Source of the DNA: Obrimoposthia wandeli
Taxonomy: Eukaryota
Assembly (NCBI GenBank): GCA_977020255.1
Contig: CDROCS010000184.1
Span: 62,001 to 126,000 of the forward strand
Length of the DNA stretch: 64,000 nt
Reading direction: 5' to 3'
In this document: positions 49,753 to 62,908 of the stretch, in pieces
Numbering within the stretch: the stretch's first letter is position 1
How the letters are laid out: each line of letters starts with the position of its first letter
Program-made: the position numbers and the translations under genes
The notes under the pieces: generated by a model
What the model saw: only the letters and a program-made list of their open reading frames with translations
The model's database searches: none
What the model was told of the DNA's origin: nothing

Positions 49753-51010
49753 CTATAATATGACAGTTATGTTTTTATTGATTTGTATTTCCGAATCAAA
49801 TACTCCGTAAATAAGTAGTAGTAGTAGGATGTGTTAAAGCTGAATTGAACTTAATTTCTAGTCGTAAATTTCCATATTTTGGTAGTTGGCATTGGTTTAT
49901 ATCAGGGGTGTGCAACAAGCGGCCCGCGGGCCACATGCGGCCCTCTATGCAAGTTAGTGCGGCCCTCGTTAACAAAATTTATTTTTTACTTTCCGCAGGA
50001 TTTGAATTTGTTTCGCCACAGTAAGGTAAATTTTACAGTTTTAAACTCTAAATTCCAAGTGTCTCATTAAAACGATTTGCCAAGATTTATTCCATAGGTT
50101 AAATAAATATTTTTCTGAATGCAAATATATTGTAAAATCTTTGAATTTATTATGCATATGAATTCTAGATTTTCAGTGTGGCCCACTTAATATCTGAAGT
50201 GATGTTATATGGCCCGCCGACTAAAAATGTTGCACGCTCCTGGTTTATATCAAAGTCTGATGCCAAAACAAATGTGAAGAACGGAAAGCTGCTTTTAAAC
50301 TCAGTGAAAGAAATACCATTGTTTATATTTTTATCTAGTTGACGCAAATTTCGAATAATACATTCCTATAAGCCTAAGCATAAGCGTTACCTTCGAAATC
50401 TTTTTTATATGTTTCACGATAATCAGAATATTTTGAAAGGGTCACTTAACATACATTAAGATTGTATTCTTACTACATTATTAGGTTATAAGTTTAGTTT
50501 CTCTAATAGGATAACAAGCATTGTTTTTTTCCATTCCTATATTATGTGCTATTAAAACTGATTGCTCGGTTTTAACTCTTTGGACATGTAGTTTTGCATC
50601 CAAAATATCAAGTCTAGGTTTTAAAACGTCTGTGTTTATCAAAGAAAAATTCCATTTATTACGTTTCAAACGAAGATGTACATTAACAACGCGAATTAAA
50701 TATGTCGGTTGTTCAAAGAAATTCAATCTCATAGACCCACACATTTCGTAAGCTTTAGATTCAGTAATCCATTATTTGCGAGTTGCAGTAGTTTCATCAT
50801 AAACAATGGTTGCCAAATTAGTATTTTGAGTATCAGTACTATAATTCGATAGACTTTCAATCAAAAGCTTTATGAGCATAGGAAGAATTTCCACCTTCAA
50901 TTTTGACATTATTAAGAGTAACAATGGCATCACTAAATAAAGAATTAAAGAGATAATTAACAGGTGTTACATCGGCATTTTCGGCTAAATTAGTACTATC
51001 TCGATTTAAT
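49753..51010 (-). pseudogene. Major capsid protein (double jelly-roll, PY), interrupted
   Basis: PVNYLFNSLFSD, VHLRLKRNK, LDAKLHVQRVK, YPIRETK, FFTFVLASD; split by a hAT-like insert. Confidence 0.85.
49903..49970 (+). mobile_element. hAT (Charlie-like) non-autonomous element left end
   Basis: CAGGGGTGTGCAACAAGCGGCCCGCGGGCCACATGCGGCCC is typical of hAT MITE termini; the right end was not found. Confidence 0.65.
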
Positions 51011-53357
51011 ACTTTTATTTGAACATAAAGCAAAGTATCAAATCTAATAGGGAGAGGGGTGCGGACGGGGCGAAAATGTTTAGGGTGGTGGAAACACCCC
51101 CATTCGTTGCACACATGCACGTAATTTCAGTCCATACACATACACGAAATTTCACTTCACACACATGCTGCAGAAAGAAGATTAAATACCAGAAAATATA
51201 ATTTTAACCTTACCAGTACTCTGGAAATACTCAGAAAATGTAGTCACAACTTGGGAACCTACAAAACAGTGTCATATAAACAATATCATCACGAGTGTCA
51301 TTGGTCCTACATGAAGTAGAAGATACCTTACAGTGTATTGCTATTTGGAATATTAGTACATGTAAGTGTTAACTATGAATATAGTTTTCTTATCTTATCT
51401 TGGCAAACATAGGCCCATATCAATGGTAACGGATAATACAGTAAATCCCACAATACCTCATGAAAAGTTTAATTTGAATTTATGTTCTCTTCCTCTTCTA
51501 CATTTATTCTGTCACGGCATGTATACCACAATACGATATTTGCGCTCTTTATGTTGATGGTGTCTCTAGCATTTTATATTTGATATAAGTTCATTTGATA
51601 TCTTTATCTACATTATTTATGTAACTGCATAATTTTTATTTAACTGAAAATTTTGACACTGAAAACTCGAGTTTTTATTTAAAATTTGTTAGTTACTTTT
51701 TAAATTAAAATACAAATGTTAAATTATATTTTTCTAAAAATCCTTGAAATGATATAAATAGAAATTTCTTTTTAATATATCATATGAATTTTCAAAATCT
51801 TTTATATTATTGTTATTTTTATTAAAAGTATACAGTTATTTCATTTTCATTTTATTTTCTCACCCAAAATCTTTAAATTTAAATTTTAATATTAAAACAG
51901 TTAGTTAGGTTATTTAATTCAAAATAAATTGATACAAAATTCCAGTTATCCTAGCGCTTTAGATTTTATAATTAATTAAAAAAATTTTTGTATTCTAAAT
52001 TAAAAAATATAAGAAAAAAATTCTTATAAATTTTTCAACGAAAAATTACATTTTCTATAGCGGTCATTTTAAGTAAACATTATAGTAAAATGCTATGTAT
52101 ATTATAATTTTTTAATATGCAATCTCACTTTTGAAAATTTAAAATTAAATATTCTTTATTATTAAATAATAACACAGCAACAACTTTAATACTTCAATGA
52201 TGCAAGTTTTATTATATAAAATAATTTATTATTGGCATATTATTTATCATCAGATTTTACTTTAAAAATATTTCATTACGTAATTAAATATTTAAAAAAT
52301 AATAAATTGTAATGTTAAGTGTAATTTTAGAATCTATAATTGTAATATATATTTTGTTAAATCGATGTTGAAGTTAAAATTTTAAAAAATTATATATTTA
52401 AAATTCAAAATAACCTGTCATATTATAACTTAAAATAATCATTAAAAATAAACCAAATATACAATTTTCATTGATAAAAGCGAAATAATGACGTTCATAA
52501 AAAACACATTTTATACTTTTATAACATTTGATCTAAAACAAAAACTTATATTTATTTAGCAACATTTAAAATGATAATAAATGGTTGATATTACAGTTAA
52601 TATTTATTATTACATTCAAATATGCGTATAACATCGTAAATATATGTTAGAATTGACTAATATAAATGATGGTACTATTTTTGTCAGAGTATTTACCTTT
52701 TCCTCATGAATGACTGATTCTACATTTTTGTGTGTTCATTTGGTGTACAGAGTTTCTTCTAGCTCATAAGTTATGGCTGATTTGGGTTGGTTTTATTTGT
52801 GTGATTCTTTGTGTTTGTGTACTAGATAAGTTTTAATATTTTTCATAATCTAAAAAAATATCTCAAATCAGCCCTCAATCCCAAATATAAAATATTTGAA
52901 TCAGAAGAAGCAGATACAAAAGAAAATCTTTCTGGATCTTCCATAGACGTATCAAAAAGGTAGTAATGTTATTTTGACTTCGCATTGGTTGAATTAAAAT
53001 GAAGTTTGATAAAATTATAATATATCTATTAATTCCAATATAATTACATAAATTATTAAAGTTAAACACATATTCGACAATGCAATCAAAAAAAAGTTTA
53101 AAAATTTTAAAAATATAATTTAATATAAACTTAAAGATACTTAAATATTTGAAATAATTATGGTTAACTTATATTTCGTATAAATTTGTGTGCATACGTA
53201 GTTTTATTAGTTATTAAATTTTACATTTCTTAAGAATTACTTCACTTTTTCACATATGACAAATATAAACTGTTTGACCCACCAAATAAATGGTAATAAT
53301 TGCACATTTGAAAAACATTTCTAATTTTTAGAAACAAAATAAAATTATTATATTTCA

Positions 53358-53362
53358 ATGAA
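53358..53362 (+). CDS. STAMBP: AMSH/STAMBP exon 1 (ATG AA)
   Basis: A 40-nt intron GTAATA...TTTAG gives in-frame MNRNKEIRDPQSRLKAL, aligning with the AMSH N-terminus. Confidence 0.6.
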
Positions 53363-53402
53363 GTAATATTGTTTTATATTTTTATTTTATATTTTTATTT
53401 AG

Positions 53403-54318
53403 TAGAAATAAGGAAATAAGAGACCCTCAGTCTAGATTAAAAGCTTTAATGTCAGAAGCGGATAAGCATGAGATTGAAATTGGAATTCCTATTAAATTAT
53501 ACTTTAGAGCCGCTAAAAATCTTTTAAACAGTATGTATCAATATTTGGATGATAAAGATGTCGAAAGTGCCTATATTTTGGCTTCAAAATTCATTATATT
53601 ATTTGTGGAATTGTTGCCCAAACATCCTGACTATAAAAGTATTTCCAATGATACAAAGATAAATTGGAATAAAGAAGTAAAAAAAACATTTAATGGTGCT
53701 GAAAAAATGAAAAACATGATCCTAGAGGAGTATATAAAACAAGAAGAAGAATTAAATCAAAAAGATTTGAAACAATTAGAGTTACGCCGTATACATGAGG
53801 AAGAAATAAAACGGAATGCCGAAAGGCGTTGGCTGGAAGAACAGGAAGATAAACTGGAAGACAGGGATAAGTCTGAGATAAATAACTTAGAGAACTTCTT
53901 GTCAGGTAATGTGGTCGACAAAAGTGACAATAATCAGATTAGCGTAGATCGGTCAGTAAAACCATCATCATTTGGAATCAGGATCTCCGAGTCAAACAAT
54001 CGCTATAACTGGCGAACTTTGGTGGTGCCCAGCTCAATTTTCCAGAACTTTCTAACACATGCAGCCTCAAATACGAACAGCAATATTGAAACCTGTGGCA
54101 TTTTGTGCGGCAAAATCAGCGGCGGTCAGTTGATTCTAACGACTGTAGTACTGCCCAAGCAGAAGGGAACAAGTGACTCATGCAACACCGAAGCTGAGGA
54201 GGAGCTCTATGAATTTGTGGACCAGAGCAACCTGATCACTCTTGGTTGGATCCACACTCACCCCTCGCAAACTGCGTTTTTATCCTCAGTGGATCTTCAC
54301 ACACAGTTTTCATATCAG
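53403..54318 (+). CDS. STAMBP: AMSH/STAMBP exon 2 (MIT-like domain, SBM, JAMM)
   Basis: LLPKHPDY, VDRSVKP (STAM-binding motif), IETCGILCG, LGWIHTHPSQTAFLSSVD; GT donor at 54319. Confidence 0.93.
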
Positions 54319-56751
54319 GTTGGCTTTTCTTTAAAGGATCAGTGCATTTTGGTTCAATTTGATACTGTATTTTAATTTGCATATTTCGACATAAAATAAA
54401 TGCTCAATTTTACTTTAAATTTTGTTAATTATTTTATCTGTGGGATTTCTTCTTGTTTTTCAAGCCTACGCCTTTTCAACCATTGTTTCATTCATTGATG
54501 ATGTTTACTCTAATATAGCATAACTCTTATTGCTTAAAATATTTTTGATTTAATTATAGAATTACATGGTTAATCAGTATAAACCTGTTTTAACGTATTT
54601 GTTTTAATGAACTTAAAAAGTGTGACATCTATAGAAGGTAATAAAACTATTTATGTTACAAACACATTCAGTGGTTTCCAAACTTTAAGCTTTAACAAAA
54701 ATTAGTAACACAATTACATTTATTAATTCAAAAGCTTTTTTTAATTAACAAATTTCTAACATAAAAAATATCTTAGAAAAAATTATTGAAAATTACTTAT
54801 TTGTACTACGAGAAAATTACATGTTCTGCACTTTTTCAATGACTACTTTTTTAATTTCTAACTTGAAAAATAGCTTTGTAAAATTATTGAAGATTACTCT
54901 TTCATGGTAAAGTTCAATAATTCTGTTTGAAATATCGAAATATTTTTTAACGCGACCCTTTTAGAAAATCATTCATCCCGTGTGGGGTGGCACTCCACAT
55001 GTTGGAAACAGCTGCATTAGGGGGTCATCGCCATTATATAAGTTATACGTATGCAGTTTTTACTCTGCTACAAGTGATAATTGAACTAAATGTGGACACA
55101 CCTAGATTTCATAAAATGGTAGAACGATAGAACTCTAAGTTTTACCTTAAAAAAGAGATTATTAAACAAGGAAAATGAGGCCTCTAAATTCTTTGAAAGC
55201 ATGGAGTAGAGTACTTTTTGTATGCTTATGTAAAATAGGATATTGATCTATTCTACTAAATACTGATGATGAAATAATTCATTTACCTTTTTAGCATTTT
55301 TCTATTTCAATGTTCATCAAAATTTAATTATATTTTAATGAATTGATTTTCTATGATTTATAATAACTTTTCTATCATTGAATTTTTACTTCTATAAAAG
55401 TTTATGTTGTAATACATTTTAGGTTCCTCAAAATTTGTATGGGACAATTTTCTATTTAAATGTTGTGTGCACTTGAAAAACATATGGTGAAAAACTTGCA
55501 GTTTGATTATGAGCAATATATATTTCGGTACATAAGAAGCAACACATTTATTAATGTATATGAAGTAGTAGCATTTTTTCAAATATATCATACAGTTGCA
55601 ATTATGAGGTGCAATTGGGAAGTAATATCATTTAGTGACCTTGAGAAGTTGCCATTTCGGGATTATGTGGTGAGCAACAAACATCAGGATTTCGCGCGTT
55701 TCTTTTTTGATCTTATCTAACTTCACAAGCAACTCCAAACTTACTGTTCATCTAAGCTTTCCAGGATGACTGTTGACAAAATAATCGTGAACTAAAATTA
55801 TAGCTGTGACAAAAAATTTATCATTGTAATATATATTATTAATATCCTTTTTGTTTAACAATTTCAAAATTCTTTACGGCATGTTTCAAAAATGATGATT
55901 AATTATGGTTCAAGTATCGTTTTGCACATACTTTGTTTATTTAGATTTTTGAAACAATAATTAGTTAATTTCGATTTCTTTAATTTCCTATTTATTTATT
56001 AATATTTTTCTTTCAGATATTTTACTAATGAATATTTGTAAGTAGAATATTTTTGTAATTAATAAAAATTACAATATTATAAATTAATATATTCTTAATA
56101 TTATACAGCTATACAAGATCTTTTATTTAAAATACGAATCTAGATATGCAGGAATACATTTTCTGCGAAAACCACCTTGAGAACCTATTAATTACAAGTT
56201 ATCTTATGAACAAACTATAAAATACTCTAAATACATCCTAAACATATTCAAAACTACAATAATTAAACATAATTAGCTAGATAATAATAAAAAATACTGT
56301 TATTAATATTTATAAATTATAAATAAATTAAAAAAGCATTCATTTCAAATATTCCGTCATTCTGTTTATTATTTGAGAATTTCTTGACCGATCTGCAGTC
56401 TTCGTCGTTGCTCCTAAGATCAATTTACATGCTCACTGCACCAGGCTCCAGAAAATCACCTCAATATTTCAGTTTTTGCGAAAGAAGACATTTTTGAAAT
56501 TAAGTATGATCTTTAATTCAATTCTTGCATTGATTGGATCTTCATTCAATGTTCACTTGTACTTGCACTTTTTATATAATATATAAGTAAAAATAAGTAA
56601 GTAAAACTATTCAGTAAATAATTCAGGAAAAAGAAAATGTTTTTTCATCTACGCATGATTTTAATTTTTTGTTTAATCACATTTTATAAAATTTAATATA
56701 TTTACCCCAAAAATCAAAGAGCATTGATTCATGTTTCGTTTTTCGGTTCAG

Positions 56752-56973
56752 GTGATGCTTCCAGAGGCAATAGCGATTGTGTGCTCTCCTAAGTACGGCC
56801 AGAACGCCTTCTTCTCGCTCACGCCGGATTATGGAGTTGATTTTATCAAGAACTGTCGCAAGTCGGGCTTCCATCCACATCCAATCGAGCCGCGTATCTT
56901 CGAGGAGAGTCCCCACGCCGTTTTGTCGGACTCCCATTCTGTCAGTTTCTGTGATATGCGCTCATCCAAGTGA
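56752..56973 (+). CDS. STAMBP: AMSH/STAMBP exon 3
   Basis: After ttcAG: VMLPEAIAIVCSP...CRKSGFHPH...DMR; the joined protein is 380 aa. Confidence 0.93.
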   Translation: MMLPEAIAIVCSPKYGQNAFFSLTPDYGVDFIKNCRKSGFHPHPIEPRIFEESPHAVLSDSHSVSFCDMRSSK

Positions 56974-58879
56974 GGCTACCTCTGCTGTTGCTCGTGTCTC
57001 TTCTGGAGTACATAAAGACTGACGTGATACAATGTCTCTGATTAGTCTGTCTCGTGCAGACAAAATCTTTCCCGAGATACTAACATTATTAAATAGCCAC
57101 ATTCCGCATATAGTTTATGATTTATATCTATAGTTAATGTTTTTGTTTGCTGAAATTTAAATTTTTTTGAAAACCGACAATTTCTTATAAATTGTCTTAA
57201 ATCATTTTTAACCCTTATTTGACAATGTCAGTTTAAACTGACACCAAAATAATGTGTAGAGGCCGCAGATTTGAAGTATTTTGTTTTTTAATCATGTAAT
57301 TTAGTCCGAAATAACGTAGTTTCTTATTTTTTGTTAGTTTTCATTTGTTTAACTACGTTAACAGCTTATTACCAAGAACATTTCGTCGCCGTATTATGGT
57401 TGAATCATGATTAAAAATACTGACTTGGGTAAATATAGGTTAAACTGCCTATTTCTTATAAATTTATCCAAAAACCTTTTAGAAAGAACATCAATTTCTA
57501 CCGAAAATTCCGTGTCTAAAACGTCTGCGTTTATATACACATATAAAAAAATATCGTTCCTTTGTCCTTGAAAATAATATTTGTCAATAAAATATTCTGT
57601 TCGTTGTCAGATGTCAATTTAAAAGAAAATATTTGAAGTTCTGTAATTTTGATTAAATGTTTTTAATGCTTTGTTGAGTAACATAACTGATTCATTATTT
57701 TATCGTTTGGCATATGTTTATTCCAAATGAATTATGACCAGAAAATCCACATTCCTAAGTTGTGTCCATTTAGTCCACTGAGGAAATGCAGGTTATCGTG
57801 TAATAAATGGAGACTAATACTTACGCAATCATACAGGTACATTCATAATTTAATTATTTATTGTATACTTATCGATAGTTATCGAAGGTAATATTCAGTC
57901 TGATATTATTTTCGAATTTACTTATTAATCCTAAATTAATTTGGATAGCAAAATTTTAAATCGCTATATTCATTTAAAATATTAATTTAAGTAGTATAAA
58001 GTGACAACTCGGTAATACCGCAGCACAAACAGTTGGTAGTTAGGGCCGTGATGCCACGTAGTCGTATCTTCAAAAGATTTAGATATGACTTAACAACTTT
58101 TAAACATTTACCTTGGCCCTGCATGACTGGGCAACACTTTTGGCAAAGAATATATTAAGTATACTTTTGTTCAGAGTAAAAAGACAATAAAAACTATCAA
58201 TATATATTTTTCTTTTTATCTTTATGTAATTTTCCATATAGGGTTTTGCCTTCCGAGCTTATCAACTTTGAAACCTTCAATTTGTATGAATAAAATCTAA
58301 TAATTGCATTTGGAAAACTCTTTTTCAAAGAACTTATAGATTCCAGAAAATAAATTTTCATCAGTTTTAATTAAAACACTGAAATTTTCAATGTTGTTCA
58401 ATTTTATTCCTTTGAAAATAGCATTAAGATAATTTATATCCTTATTGTGAATTCTTGAAATGACATAATCAAACTTGGATTTTGTTAGCATGACATGGTA
58501 TTGAAATCTATTGGTTACAGGCATCTTGAGAAATAATTGAAGTAAGGTACCGCTTCATTAAATAAGTTTTCACAAAAAATATCTTCTGATTCTACATCAT
58601 CAAAGTCTATATGGATTGTGTAATTGAGAACTTTGGTCGCATTCAAAATTCCATTCTTCTTATTCTTTGTCACTCTGCATTTCAAAGGTGGTTTTTATAA
58701 ATTGAACATTATAAAATAATGAGAATAAACTAAAGTGTTTTGTTAGTTATAGTTGACTACTTGAGTCTGATTGGTTAATGATTCTCATTGGATAAAATGT
58801 ACTATATAAGTCCATGACATCATTAATTATTATAACATAATGAAAATAATCGATATAAATTATAAAGGTAAATTTTAGG

Positions 58880-59290
58880 GAAGTGTTAGTTACTTACTTT
58901 TTCGATCAAAGAAACCGAGATAATATGTTGAAAAGTTAAAAGATTATACTATAGTTATATTCCCATCAAGTATTGTTGTTACTATTATTATTATTATTAT
59001 TTTAGCTCATGTACGATTACGGGTTGCAAACAACCAATCCAACATGTTAAAAATATAGAAATTGAATGTATTCAATCTCTAAGTATCCTAGTAAATATCA
59101 ACAAGAAGGTTAATTTGTATATGGTATCGGTGAAAATGAAAGAAATTGTATGTTTCAACCAGAATTGTTTCCTGCACTCAGAATTTTAAAGTTTGATTCT
59201 CTCTGTGTTAATGTGTTTGCTATTGGAAAAGTGATTATTTGTGGTATTAAATATTTTTATTTTCATTTTCATTGTCAAGTTTAGTCTATT
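58880..59290 (+). pseudogene. TBP-like gene copy 3 with a 36-nt intron
   Basis: YTIVIFPS|intron|SCTITGCK...CMFQPELFPALRILKFDSLCVNVFAIGKVIICGIK. Confidence 0.72.
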
Positions 59291-59479
59291 GTATTTCTTT
59301 TTAAAAGTTTTTTATAAACAAAGATGTGGTTTTCGATTTTTGAAAATACTTGATTATATAATTCATTACAGAACTGTTAATGATGTTTTAGTTAAACGAC
59401 AAGTAGAATATACTAAAATGAAAGTTTTATATGAGAAATATAAACATGAAAGTGTAAGATTAAAGGCGTTATTATTAAA

Positions 59480-60200
59480 TTTTTAAGGGAATCAACCTGA
59501 AAGTGATTTTGCTAAAGCCGAATTTTATAAACAAGATGATGATTCAACTGATAAAGTAAAATGTATATACTATCAAGGTACATTATCTGAATGGGAATGG
59601 TATCTTAAACCAATGGAGCAACATATGATTTTTTCTTTACATGTCAATTCCTTTTTAAATTAAATGTTGTAAATGTACCAATAATTTAAACTAGTTACAA
59701 GAGAATTGATTTTGATACATCACCGTTGAACGGAAAAGTATATGTATCGGATATTGATATAAAATTAGCTGATATATGCTACTAAAATAGTTTTAGAAAC
59801 TATAATGATGCCGATGTTATTGAGAAAATCGAAACAGATTTTATCATTGAATATCCTTTAACTACAGTGAAATTGGATATGTTGATGGATACAAACCAAA
59901 TCAAATATTTGAAAAGGTTTTTCACTAAAGTTAGAATAAAATATGTTTTAAAATATCATATGATGCGATATGGAGAATACAAATCACTATTTGAAATGAT
60001 TTATCTTTTTTAGAAATTAAACCTGAAAAACAATATATAAATATACTTTCATACTTTTTAAAAGAACCTGAATGTGTAGTATGTTTAAATAATAATATTG
60101 AAGTCGTATTTCTACATTGCGGACATGTAAATACATGTATATCATGTTCCATATTACATTCATGTTTAGTATGTCGATGTATAATCTAAAGAAGAGCAAG
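59480..60200 (+). pseudogene. IAP-like gene copy 3 (BIR...RING)
   Basis: FAKAEFY...DKVKCIY...SEWE; ECVVCLNNNIEVVFLHCGHVNTCISC. Confidence 0.8.
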
Positions 60201-61227
60201 AAATATAAAATTTCATGGTATAAACAATTGAAATTTGTTGATTTTTACAAAATGAATAAATACGATAAATTAGTTGATGCTACGGTTGAGGAAATTATGA
60301 ATGGATCAATAAATGAAATTCAATACATTTCTGGTTTTGATGAAGACAGTCGTGATCATCTTAGAGAAATAGTTCGCTCACATGTCTATAAAGATCTCAA
60401 ATTGAAAATGGATTTTGAAATTTTCATTGAGCTTATTTGTTCAAACATGATGTATATAACGTTTTCTGTGTCAATTTTAATTCATCATTGTTGTATAAAT
60501 TAATAAAAGGCTTATAAACAATCTTTTTTCTTATTTCTTCTTATTAATTATGAAACTTAAAAATGATACAGTACATCAGATAGTGGGACCCAGGAGTGCC
60601 TAATTATTATATTAAAGCTAAACGAGAAAAGAAATTGATAAAAACAGTGTTCAGAGAATGAATAATTCTGATCTAATGTTACAAAAGCATACAAAACTTA
60701 AAAATTCCAAGCAGTGTACTGAAAAATCTGAAAAAAATGTGTTAAAAAGACAAAGAATTTGATTAAAATTGATAAGAAAGGAAACAAAAGGAGGTTTTAA
60801 CACATTTTTTTTCAATAAGACTAAAAACAATATATGTATTTTTAGCTTAAATAACAAGGAAAATATTTTATCTTACATTCAAACGCTCTTAAAGGCTTCC
60901 AGTTCACATAGAGCTTGAATTCATAAATCATTTCCAGCTTTTGTTATTGATAAATTGGATGAAATTCTTTTTATTATAGTTAAAGGGAAATGTCAATGTT
61001 GGTAAACATAAATTGAAAATTACATAACACAGGAAAGTAATACTTGATGTTTTTAATACAAAAAGTGGTTCTGATCGATGAAAAATAGTATTGCGCGAAA
61101 AAGAAAAACTTATTGGTGCATTTTTATCGATAGTAGCAACTTTATTGGGTCCCCTACTTGTTAGAGCTGTTGCCTAAAGAGTGTGGGCAGCAACTTACTT
61201 AATTTTCAATTAAAATAAAATGTTGTA

Positions 61228-62170
61228 ATGGAAACGAGATGGTACGATCCTGAAGACCGAGTTGCATACAGTGGCATTGGGGCTCTATCATCAAACACAA
61301 AGTCGAGTTAAAAGAAAACTCATTCATGGTTGAGCAATCTACTAGCCTACAGTCTCAACAAACCAATGCGATAAGGTTTCCGACACGATCGTACAAGACG
61401 AAAGACCCTAATAATTTATGGCAAATGGATTTGAAAGAAATAATACCTTTTGAGCGTATTAATAGCGGGTACAAATATATTTTAACATGTATTGATGTAT
61501 TTACTAAATTTGGGCATGCCAATCCTGTAAAATCAAAATCCGGTAAAGATATAGATGCTGGCATACAAATATGATTGATGTTGTACCCGACAATGTACAA
61601 ACATATGATGGGAAAGATTTTTATTATAAACATGTCAAAAGAACTTTTGATAAATAAGGAGTTAATCACTTATCTGTGTTGTCACACTATAAAGCAGGCT
61701 TGGTTAAAATATTTAATAGAACATTGATGGATAAATTAAAGAAACATTTTGTTGCAATCATATCAAAGAAATGGGTAAGGGTACTATCAGAACTGATGAT
61801 TTAATATAATCATTCACCACATCGCGGTTTGGACGGTAAGCAACCTATAGATATTTCATTAGAAGATTGGTTTGGCCGTAATAATAAAACAATAATAAAG
61901 AAACCCAAATACAAAGTTGGAGATTTAGTTCGCATAACACGTTTAAGTATAACACCTTTTAAGTTTCGATAATAATTGGAATGATGAAGTATTTAAAATA
62001 TCAAAAATTAATTTGCATGTTAACCCCGTAATGTATAATATCACATATGAAGATAAAAGTCCAATATAGGAAAATGTTTATGAGCAAGATTTACAAGTTA
62101 TTGATAAACCAAAAGTATATAAGATCTAAGAAATCATTAAATCTAAAGGTCAAGGTAAGAATAATCAATA
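61228..62170 (+). pseudogene. Polinton integrase copy 3
   Basis: WYDPED, LWQMDL, YKYILTCIDVF, KPKYKVGDLVRI. Confidence 0.88.
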
Positions 62171-62908
62171 TTTTATACACGTTTCTTTTTAACTGCTGTT
62201 ACTACGTCATTGAATGCTGTTGTTGCTGCAAGTAAAGTATGGGAACTTCTTTAATACCATGTTGTTTCAATGAAAGTATCACATATTTGTTATTTATAAT
62301 AACATCATAAGCTGTATTTACACTATATGGTCCTACCTCTTGAGAATTGGAAATGTTATACGGCTTAGATTACTCAATCTTCCCTCACCATACTGTTTAC
62401 CTTGAAAATAAGGTAATTCCTCACCAGTTTGCGGTAAACTACATGAATCGATGACTTGACTAGAACGGCCAAACTTAATAAATTGAAATGTAGAGTGCCT
62501 TAATTTCTATAGTGTCTGTATTTAAAATATCACTATTTGTAATCATGTTTACTAAACAATCATCAATTAGTAGTAGTTCATTTATAAAACACCTGATTTG
62601 CTTGCAAGATCAATAGCAATTGCAAATGTTTTAAACGACGATGAAAATCTTTTTGTTTATGTAGCTTTAGCCGTTTTTCATCTTGATGATATATTCTTTA
62701 ATCGATGTAGATAATATCAATAATATCGATAACATTATTTATACAGATGAATCAATGAAACTATACAAAATACCTAAATTTAAAAGTGATAATAAAATTT
62801 TAATATTTTTTCAAATATAGTCCTAAGGATGTTGAGCAGGGAGTTAAAACTGCATTGAAAAAACCCGATATAAATCTTATTTATCTGATCAGATTGTTAA
62901 CTTGTTGA

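Larger units (their letters stand above)
46790..51010. mobile_element. Polinton fragment, copy 2 (pPolB on +; protease and capsid on -)
   Basis: See the gene-level features; the ends of the element are not identified. Confidence 0.85.
58880..62200 (+). mobile_element. Polinton fragment, copy 3 (TBP-like, IAP, ATPase stub, basic protein, integrase)
   Basis: Homologs of the copy-1 genes on the plus strand, heavily decayed. Confidence 0.85.
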
